Positions 53,860 through 64,000 of a stretch of 64,000 nt of DNA are shown piece by piece. Where the stretch lies: assembly GCA_951406725.2 (NCBI GenBank), contig OX597819.1, positions 100,316,001 through 100,380,000 of the forward strand, given 5' to 3'. Source of the DNA: Octopus vulgaris. Taxonomy: Eukaryota. Made by a program: the position numbers and the translations under genes. A model generated the notes under the pieces. That model made no database searches, was not told where the DNA came from, and saw only the letters and a program-made list of their open reading frames with translations. How positions within the stretch are numbered: position 1 is the first letter of the stretch; the number at the start of each line of letters is the position of its first letter.

Positions 53860-53995
53860 ATTTGTCCTACAACTTAAACAAGTATTACAGCTCGCTCACT
53901 CACGCTCACACACATGTATATATATATATAAATATATACATGTGTGTGAGCGTGAGTGAGCGAGCTGTAATATTTGTTTAAGTTGTGGGACAAAT
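53860..53995. repeat. 136-bp near-perfect palindrome centred on (TA)n
   Basis: ~62-bp arms with only two differences outside the centre. Confidence 0.95.
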
Positions 53996-55831
53996 GGCCA
54001 ATTATGTTAGAAGTATGCAGAAACTGTTCTTACATCGTGGTGGGTAGACTAGATTATTTTTGATACCAAATGTTTTCGTGCGATTTATAAAAAGCAAGTC
54101 ATAATCTTACAGAAGTTAGAAATAAGGAAATGGACTGTTGAACATTATAGTTGTATGCATAGGGGTACTTTTCATTTTTCGTTTAGATAGTAACTTTACT
54201 GGACAAGGGAATTTTTGTGTGGTTAGTAGCGTTATTATCATTGCATACTTTTATATATTTTTACAAGCATCGGCAGTTCAAGTTTCGGAAATTTCTCGAT
54301 AGCACACGTTTTCTCTTATCATGTATCATTTGATTGATCTGGCCAACAGTAAATCACGTAGGTCATCATGTATCTAGTGACGGGGTTGGTCATGTATTTT
54401 GTGACGTGTTTGGTCCTGTGTCTGGTGACATGTTTCGGGTATTTGATTAGTAAAGTGATTGACTTTTCTTTCCAGTAGCTATTCACAGATGGCCCTACTT
54501 TATATTTGACTAGGTACAAATTTGATATATGGTTGCCAGCTGAGATGAGCTCTTATTTCTTGCTGGAATGGAGACAGGGTGATGAATAATTCAGTGTTGC
54601 TCTCTAGAGAGAAACTCTAAATCGTACTTCAAACACCAGTCGAAAAGGGCTAACTTCATCGAAGACACTACCAGTCTCATGAAAATGACAAGGTGACCAC
54701 TTCAAAAAAGGACTTTCCTTAGAGTTAGCTGGTGTGTGAGTTCAGTCAGAGAAAGATTGACTGAACGAAATAAACGTTGGAAAATATTTACCATGAACAG
54801 GAATGCTCATATATGAAACCGTATACACTTGGGCAGCGGTATTCTTAATCATTTATAATTTTGTACTGAAAAATGAAAACAATACATGCACATTTATATG
54901 TATGTATATATGTGTCTGTGTGGGTATAGGTGCTAGTGTGTGTGGTACAGTCGGTGCCATCGGTTAAAGCCAGATATCATTCTATTATATCCCAAGTGAA
55001 CTTTATGCTTCAACTCTTATCAAATTCATAAAATATATAATCATTTCAAGGTTTATGCACTTATAATGTTAGTAGACCAGCGGGGCCAAGGTCAGATGAC
55101 AAAAGAAAAGAATTATGAAAATTTTAAAAATGGAAACAAATCCTGTATCTTACAGACTAATGCAATGTCTGCTAAATTCTAGTTTTGTTTTACAAATTTC
55201 AATTACTTTCACATGAAAATTACTATTATATTGTAGAAGATCCATTTTTGCCATTTAAATACACATGAAAGATTAAATTAGCTTTTCATTTCATTTTTAC
55301 GGTAAGAAAATGTACGTCAAACAACAATGACCTGGTCACTGACAGTTCTTTTCCAAGTATTTGAGTCACTTTCAAGGTAAGATTATCACAGAAATTAAAA
55401 TTTATGTTTATTTATATCTTTTAGATAGTTGAGAGGAATCATACAATGTTTATTTATTCAGATTTTTATAAAACAAAACTAATGTTTCTAGCATTATATT
55501 CTCTATTTTCAAGTTGTATAACCATACTTTTGTTAAAACTTTTCAATGAGGACTTCCTGAATACTTACAAGGGTACATTATTTCGCGGCTATTACCGATT
55601 AGATCGACCTCAGTAATTCAATGGCTATATTACTGTATGAAATTCGTGGAAAATAGAACTCTCACGTGAAATTTTTAATGCTTTATTGTTGATGTAGTAG
55701 TTATGTCTACTGAATTTAGTTGTTTTGTCTACATAGGAAAAATATGCTTTACCAGAGATAAGAATTAAGCCCCAGAATTAAGCGCGCTGGGTTCTATAGA
55801 CGGATCTAGTTTTAGATTACATAACATTATA

Positions 55832-55947
55832 AATCTTACGGCCGTTTCCGCATCCGGTGCTGATCAATGCCTATAAATAATTACTGAAATAAAATTCTTC
55901 ATCTTCATAGGACATTCGAACAGGGGCACGGAGCTTCATCAGAGTAA
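55832..55947 (-). ncRNA. Type I hammerhead-like motif with very long helix II
   Basis: CU CUGAUGA A GCUCCGUGC..CCUAU..AUAGG..GCACCGGAUGC G GAAAC GGCC GUA AG; palindromic ACGGCCGU; helix I weak. Confidence 0.65.
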
Positions 55948-56264
55948 AATAAAAGCATCCAAAATAAGCAAAAGTAAGAAGCAATAGGAAAGAAATCATG
56001 GTCTAGAAAATAAGTCTAGAAGTCAAAAATATTAAAAGCATATAATCTACCATCATAGGGGTACGAAATCGATAGGTAAGAGAATGAACTAGTATTGGTC
56101 TAGGGGGCAATAAACAATTTTTACGGATAATTACCTGTACTCTACGAGCATAGAGTGCCTGCATGCCCATGTCCAGATATAACATGAGTAACGGATACCG
56201 ATAGTGTATACGGATATTTTATCCCTTAATCGATATTACAACCGCTAACTCTGCTTACATATAT

Positions 56265-56370
<106 letters not shown>

Positions 56371-57927
56371 ATATAGGTATATATACATATTTAAATACAT
56401 ATATATGATTTGCATTTAATCAAAATAAGTCATCAACATATACATTCGAATAATGGGATATCAGCCTTGGCCAAGACTTATTTTATTCTGTTTCTTCATT
56501 CATTATTAGTATTTTTATACAAGAATTTAAAAATACCAACATATCAACATATTCTCACCTACAAAGAAACGAGGCCAAGACAAAGGAAACGAGAAAAATA
56601 ACGACTTCCTGTTCATGACACAATCTATCTAAGAATTTGAATCCATTCTACTTCGTTACTGTCGTTTGGTAAATATATTTTCTCCAAGAAGTTTTATTCG
56701 AGTTGGCTGCAATTTGCTGCTTAAAATATATTTCATATCTGATTTGACAAAGTAACTCCCCAACGTCCCACATCAAACTGAATGGAATCTCAATTGCTCA
56801 GAACAGTACACTTTGAGATACTGGAGACAGTCGGAGAAATGCGATGATTAATTTCGAAACGGTTGGTTCCTGGTTCTTGTTTAGGAAATCGTTAAAATCG
56901 AAATATATTTACGATCACGTCTCTATCAATTTCTTTTGTCATTAATCATTTTCTTCTTGTAGAAGTAAAGATGTAAAAGAAAAGAAAATGAGAGACGAGG
57001 GAGGGAGATAGATAGATAGATAGAGAGAGAGATGGGGAGAGAGACAGAGAAGGGAGAGATGGAGGGATAGAGAGATAGAGGGAAAAAGAGAGACTTTGAG
57101 TTGGAGTATAAACGTGAGAGGATAGATGAGATTGTATGAGGTGGGGTGAGGGCAGAGAATTGGGGAGACTGCTAAAGGGCGGAGAAGGACAGGAAGAAGA
57201 AGAAGAAGAAGAAGAAGATAGGTGTAATAACGTGGGGAGAAAGGGGACGGAAGTGAAGTGGGAAGAATGTGTAACTAAGTGTAGAGTAGAGAGTCAATGA
57301 AACGTCGGTAGGGGTATAATGTGCTACTCTGTGTCAGTGTATGTGTTTATGTGAATATTCTATATGTATGTATATATGCATGCATACATATTTGTATGTA
57401 TACGTTTGTTCTTGCACAATTTTATATGTATATTTTTGTGTGTGTGTGTGTTTATATATACATATATATGTGTGTGTGTTTGTGAATATGTAAGTGCATG
57501 TATTTGTAGGTGGGTGTGCGTGTGTACCTGTGTGTAGGTGCATGCATTTGTGTGTGCGTGTACGTGTATATATGTGTATCTCTGTGTTTCTGCATGTGTG
57601 TGTGTGTATGTGTGTGTATACGTGTGTGCGTGCGCATTCAGCAGTTTTGTCGTCTACTGTTCTGCAGTAGTAGTCAGAATAGTAGCCAGTACAGAGGTGA
57701 AGTTGGGGGCGTTAGTATCAACTAAGATTGAAATATATTTGGTTCAACCTATTTCTTGAATATGCTTATTTTTATTCTAGATGTGACTGGCATTGTGGTG
57801 ATGGTTGTATTTGGGATGTTAATAGTTTAGGACATATTGTTACTGTGGTAGTATAGCAGTATTGATGGTAGTCTTTGAGGTAGTAGCGATGGTGGTCATA
57901 GCGCTCTTGACAATATTCATAGTAGTA

Positions 57928-58550
57928 AAGGTGGTGAGCTGGCAGAAATGTTAGCACGCCGGGCGAAATGCGTTGCCGTATTTCATCTGCCGTTACGTTC
58001 TGAGTCCAAATTCCGCCGAGGTCGACTTTGCCTTTCATCCTTTCGGGGTCGATTAAATAAGTACCAGTTACGCACTGAGAACGATATAATCGACTTAATC
58101 CGTTTGTCTGTCCTTGTTTGTCTTCTCTGTGTTTAGCCCCTTGTGGGTAGTAAAGAAATAGGTATTTCGTCTGCCGTTACGTTCTGAGTTCAAATTCCAC
58201 CGAGGTCGACTTTGCCTTTCATCCTCTCGGGGTTGATAAATTAAGTACCAGTTATGCACTGGAGTCGATGTGATCGACTTAATCCGTTTGTCTGTCCTTG
58301 TTTGTCCCCTTTATGTTTAGCCCCTCGTGGGCAATAAAGAAATAAGAAAGGTTAGCTCGCCGGGCGAAATGTTTAGCGGTATTTCGTCTGCCGTTACGTT
58401 CTGAGTTAAAATTCTGCCGGGGTCGACTTTGCTTTTCATCCTTTCGGGGTCGATAAATTAAGTACCAGTTGCATACTGGGGTCGATCTAATCGACTGCCC
58501 CACACTCTCCCAAAACGTAGGGTCTTGTACCTAGAGTGGAAAAGAATATT
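57928..58550 (+). mobile_element. Head-to-tail trimer of SINE family B
   Basis: Units 57928-58160, 58161-58344 and 58345-58550; B box GAGTTCAAATTCC; the third unit has a different tail. Confidence 0.92.
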
Positions 58551-58699
58551 CATATTAGTAGTTTTACGAGTTGCAGTTTCGGTGGTGATGGTGGTGGTGG
58601 TATTGATTATTGTGGTAGTGTTGACAACAGTAATTATATTGGACGTGGTGGTAGCAGTAGTCGTTATGCTCGTGTTAATTGTGCTCGTGTTGTGTGACA

Positions 58700-58990
58700 T
58701 CACATGGTTTAGGGGCTATAGTATATGACTCACGGTCTTAAGGTCGTGAGATCAATTGCCAGAAGCATCTTGTGTCCTTGAGCAAGACACTATATTTTAC
58801 GTTACTCCAGTCTACTCGGCTGGCAAAAAGGAGTTCTACCTGTATTTCAGAGGGCCATCCTTGTCACAATCAGTGCCATGTTGAATCTCCCCGAGAACTC
58901 CCTTAAGTGTACGTGTCTGTAGAGTGTTCAGCAAACTTTCACATTAATTTCATGAGCAGGCTGTTCCGTTGATCGGATCAACTGCCACCT
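58700..58990 (+). mobile_element. tRNA-derived SINE, family C-related
   Basis: TGTGTCCTTGAGCAAGACACT box; collinear with 60960-61270. Confidence 0.82.
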
Positions 58991-60379
58991 TCTGGCGCGT
59001 GCTTGTGGGGTGGTGAAAGAATATTCTTAGTCAATGTTGTTAGAAAATTCGTAACAGGAACACAGGTTTCGTATTTGATGTTAATCATTATGTTGTCCTT
59101 CGTGAGCATATAAGCAGTCGCACCAAAAATCCATACGAGAGGTCTTCTCATGGTAAATAACATAGAATACGGTATTCGAACAAAACATCCACTTTTAGTG
59201 GCAGATTTATATTATGTTTTGGTACCAATATTGCTTCTGCGGCTTTTAATTTTTTTAATAAACCAACTGACTATTTGCAGCACCGGTGTCTGGGAAAACT
59301 TTAAAATTGTATATGTTATTGGCGGGAGGAATTTCTCTGCTGTGTATAACCAGACGTCTGCCATTAAAAAGCCCAAGTAAAGATGAAATCACGTGATCTA
59401 GAGGTTCTGCCTGCCGCAGTGAACGATTGTCACCCACCAGCGATATAAGCGTGAGTGCTCCTATGCACCAAAAGTGTTAACGCGATGGTCACTCACTGCC
59501 AATAACGCAGTATTCTGTGTTCTAAGAAAACATCTACTTATATATATATATATGTGTGTGTGTTGTGTGTGTGCGCGTGTGTGTGTGTGTATGTGTGTAC
59601 ATGTATTTATACATATCTATATATGTGTGAGTATGTATGTATATACATATATATATATGTATATATATACAGAGAGAGAGAAAGAGAGAGAAGGGTGACA
59701 CAGAGTTAGTGACAGAGAAAGAGACAGACCAGAAGGAGGTGTTTGCTTGTGATGTGCGTAAAAGATATGAGAAAGAGATGAGTAAAAATGAGAAAATGAA
59801 TAAGATGGTGAGGGATATAGGGGTGGGGATGAAATGTAGTGGAAGGAGTGGGTGATCTCGTAATGATGCGAAAGTGAAAGAATGTGATATATTGAGAAAT
59901 TAATTCTGAAAGACCAATATGGTGGGTGAGAGAGAGAGAAAGAAAGAGAGAGTGTGTGTCTGTGTGTGACTTGGCAAGAGAGCAAGGAAAAAATTACTAT
60001 TGATGCGAAGATGTTGATGGAAAGATAAAGCTAATGCGCGCCCGTGTGTGTGTGTTTGTGTGGTGGGTGTTTGCGTGTGCGAGTGTGACTATACATGTGT
60101 CTTTGTTCTTGTTTCTGTGTACATGAGCGAGTGCAGATGTGTTGGGCTATGTGTATGTGTATGTGTGTACATGTGCGTAATCAGTCATGCGTCGGCGTTT
60201 ATGTTGTTTTCGTGTGCATGTGTGAGTATATATGTGCTTGTGCGTGTATCTCTGTGTATGTTGTTACGTGTGTACCTGCACGTGTGGCTGTGCGCAAGAA
60301 AATACACAAAAAGTATGAGAGAATGTGGGAAATATTGCTATAAGGTAGGAATATAAAAGAGTGAGTATATACTCATTGC

Positions 60380-60835
60380 TCTTTACTCTTTTACTTGTTT
60401 CAGTAATTTGACTGTGGCCATGCTGGAGCACTGCCTTTAGTCGAGCAAATTCTTTGTAAGCCTAGTACTCATTCTATCGGTCTCTTTTGCCGAACCGCTA
60501 GATTTCGGGGACGTAAACACACCAGCATCGGTTGTCAGGCGTTGTTGGGGACAAACACAGACATACAAACATACACACACACACGCACACACATATATAT
60601 TACACTTTTTTTTACTCTTTTACTTGTTTCAGTCATTTGACTGCGGCCATGCTGGAGCACCGCCTTTAGTCGAGCAAATCGTATATAAATATATACGACT
60701 GGCTTCTTTCAGTTTCTGCCTACCAAATCCACTCACAAGGCTTTGGTCGCCCCGAGGCTATAGTAGAAGACACTTGCCCAAAGTGCCACGAAGTGGAACT
60801 GAACCCGGCACCATATGGCTTGTAAGCAAGCCTGG
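60380..60835 (-). mobile_element. SINE family A with duplicated 3' segment
   Basis: The tail TTACTCTTTTACTTGTTTCAGT..GCCATGCTGGAGCAC occurs at ~60383 and ~60612; head at 60695-60835. Confidence 0.88.
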
Positions 60836-60864
60836 TATGCATTTTATATCATTTTATAGTATTA

Positions 60865-60959
<95 letters not shown>

Positions 60960-60960
<1 letters not shown>

Positions 60961-61270
60961 AGGCGCGTGTCTTAGCGGTTATGGCATTTCACTCACGCTA
61001 GTAAGGTCGTGAGTTCAATTCCCGGTGACGCGACGTGTCCTTGAGCAAGACACTTTATTTCACGTTGCTCCAATCCACACAACTGGCAAAAATGAGTTAT
61101 ACCTGTATTTCAAAGAGCCGACCTTGTCTCAATGTGTCACGCTGAATCTCCCTAAGAAATATATTAGGGGTACGCGTGTCTGTGGATTACTCAGTCACTT
61201 GCAAGTTAATTTCTGTTCCGTTGATCGTATCAGCAGTGACCCTCCTCGTCGTAACTGACGGAGTGCTTCT
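60960..61270 (+). mobile_element. tRNA-derived SINE, family C-related, within (AGT)n
   Basis: B box GAGTTCAATTCC; GTGTCCTTGAGCAAGACACTTTATTTCACGTTGC shared with 1486-1826. Confidence 0.85.
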
Positions 61271-61271
61271 T

Positions 61272-61472
61272 TAGTAGTACTAGTAGTAGTAGCATCAGTA
61301 GTCGCGGCAGTAGCAACATCAGTTGTTGTTGTAGTAGTAGCAGCAGCAGTAGCAGAGTAGTAGCAGCAATAGTATCAGTAGTAATAGTAGTCGTAGTAGT
61401 AGTAATAATATTACTAGTAGCAGCAGTAGTAGTAGCAGTAGTAGTATTAGCAGTAGTAGTAGTAGTAGTAGT

Positions 61473-61563
<91 letters not shown>
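61272..61563. repeat. (AGT)n/(AGC)n microsatellite
   Basis: Direct reading. Confidence 0.93.
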
Positions 61564-62424
61564 ATTTTTAATCGCCGTGTTAATAATATAAGTAGCTACC
61601 TTAGTTTTAGTGGTGGGTTTGAGAGGACTGGCTACATTAATTGAAGTACGTTCTCCGTGTATATTTGACTAGTCTACAATCTGTTTACTTGTCTCTATAC
61701 TATCGACGTGGGAGCATCTATCTGATAGAATTGGGAGTTGAAATTCCTTAAAATCACTGCGTACCGACCTATAAAAGGTTGCACAGTTATGCTAGTGTTT
61801 AGGGAATCAAACCGTGAATAAAAAGACGAGCTGATTCGGTATATATTTATACCTGCCAGATGAAATTCAGTGACACGGAAGTTAGTGTTGCGTTTCAGTA
61901 CGATATCGAATGCATATGCAGTAGATTTGTACACAAAATTTATAAAATATCACACCCAATATCATCAGTATGACTATCACATTTTTACATGGAGAAATAA
62001 TGGCAATAGAAGAAACTTGTTTGGCATTTAACGATATCTCGTTTGTCTATATAATATACAAAATCCGTGGTTTCCATTCATCTCTTATTACTTGGATTGG
62101 TGGTGTCGTATCAAGTCACAATACCTGTAACATCATCCAGTACTATACAGATGTTAAAACCCTTCTTAAATACTCACCCAAGGTTCACCCACATGTAATT
62201 TCTATATCTTTGCCGATTCTGTAAAGAATCTATGAACCGAGAGCTCGAAAAAATCTTCCAGTCAGTCGTTCCATTCAAGTTTCTTAATACTTGAACAGTG
62301 AATTCTGACAGTCAGAGAATAATGGCATATCACTTCAAGCGCAGATATATAAAATTATCGAGGATATTTGCAGGCGAACTCACATATTTAGCGCAAGTGA
62401 GGCATTTTTAAATTACAAACTGAA

Positions 62425-63320
62425 ACGGAAGGATACAAATACCTTGGTGTACAATATTTCAACGAGATAATGGAAATGGAAATGAAAGAGCAACTAAGGA
62501 TGGAATATTTCCGAAGACTGAGGTTGGTGTTGCGCTCAAAATTGATTGGATGGAATAAAATTCAAGCAGTTAATACATGGGCATCACTTCGGTATGGAGC
62601 TGGAAATATAAAACGGCAAAAGAGAGAAATGAAGAAAATGGGTACCAAGACCAGAGAAAAATGTTGACAGTACACGGATTCTGCCACCCTAAGAAAAACA
62701 CCGATAGGCTATACCTGTCCAGAAGATAGAGTTGGAGAGGTTTGGTCAGTTGCCGGGACTGTATCGAAGCAATGGAAAACAGCTTAGTGTGGTATATAAA
62801 ACATATCGTAGAGCCACTGTTGAAACATATGATGAAAGCCGGTGTCATCAAAATTAAAAATTGTGCAACGAAAGAAAAATTTAAACAAGAAATGAAAAAA
62901 AAAAGCATGGATGGAAAAGAAAATGTACGGTCAGTTTGCAAGAGATGTGAACGCCAGGACACATACGAAGGACCGGTGGCTATGGATGAGGAATAGGGAC
63001 CTGAAGACAGAGACAGAAGCACTCATATGCACAACTCAGGAACAAACGGTAAGGACCAACTGTATGAAGTGCAGAATAGACAACACTACCGATAGTGACA
63101 AATGCAGAATGTGTGATGAGAGGGATGAAATAGTATGGCACATCGTTAGTGAATGCGCGAAATTGGCACAACGCGAATACAAAAGACGCCATGACATTGT
63201 GACAAGAATAGGTCATTAGGAGCTTTTTGGAAATCACATCCTACAAGGAGCAAAGGCGTGGAATACGAAAACTCCAGAAGGAGATACCAAAAATGAGAAT
63301 TCCAAAATCCTGTGGGATGC
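62425..63320 (+). mobile_element. R4/Dong-like LINE fragment (RT end to CCHC finger)
   Basis: YKYLG..EYFRRLRLVLRSKL.GWNKIQAVNTWA..HPKKNTDRLYL..MYGQF..LKTETEALI..QEQ..KCRMCDERDEIVWHIVSEC..YKRRHD..KILWD; frameshifted. Confidence 0.92.
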
Positions 63321-63425
63321 ATCCTTGAAAGTTTCATCCTAATCTGTCCAGCGGTTCTTGAGATATCTTGTCCTCGGATAAACAAACAAACGAACGCGAC
63401 TGAAAACAATACCTCCGCCTTTGCT
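63321..63425 (+). mobile_element. Helentron-associated (DINE/HINE-like) 3' fragment
   Basis: AAAGTTTCATCCTAATCTGTCCAGCGGTTCTTGAGAT..(ACAA)n..AAAACAATACCTCCGCC; judged from recalled family architecture only. Confidence 0.5.
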
Positions 63426-63449
63426 ATCAGATCTCCTGTTGTCTACATC

Positions 63450-64000
<551 letters not shown>

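Noticed and set aside
57928-58550. CRISPR-like or satellite array
   Set aside because: The units are SINE copies with Pol III boxes; there is no repeat-spacer structure.
61690-62230. Another PLE end with a hammerhead (CTGATGA..GAAAC on the minus strand)
   Set aside because: No convincing helix I or III, and the protein motifs were too faint to call.

Overview
AT-rich, microsatellite-saturated eukaryotic DNA. I infer a cephalopod (octopus-like) genome from the repeat landscape, unconfirmed by any search. I found no host protein-coding exon, rRNA gene, functional tRNA gene or CRISPR array. Almost every ORF in the track is a translation of (TA)n, (TATG)n, (GT)n, (GATA)n or trinucleotide repeats. 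The real content is transposable-element debris. It includes at least four tRNA-headed SINE families and decayed LINE pieces (R4/Dong-like x4, Tx1-like, CR1-like). Penelope-like elements (PLE) are present with RT and GIY-YIG remnants, along with a mariner with palindromic ends, a Tigger/pogo remnant, a non-autonomous Helitron and MITEs. The most striking signal is about ten minimal hammerhead-ribozyme motifs (CUGANGA...GAAAC-palindrome-NUH), several in inverted-repeat PLE-type insertions. One such insertion (6186-6714) also carries a Pol III B box, suggesting a tRNA-promoter, hammerhead-bearing SINE-like element mobilised by Penelope. A 3.1 kb CpG-rich, GT-array insertion with two structured GC islands is bracketed by hammerhead-like motifs. 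Two SINE families share 3' tails with LINEs present in the window, and the Tx1-tailed SINE repeatedly lands inside other SINE heads. Coordinates of decayed elements are approximate (read by eye).
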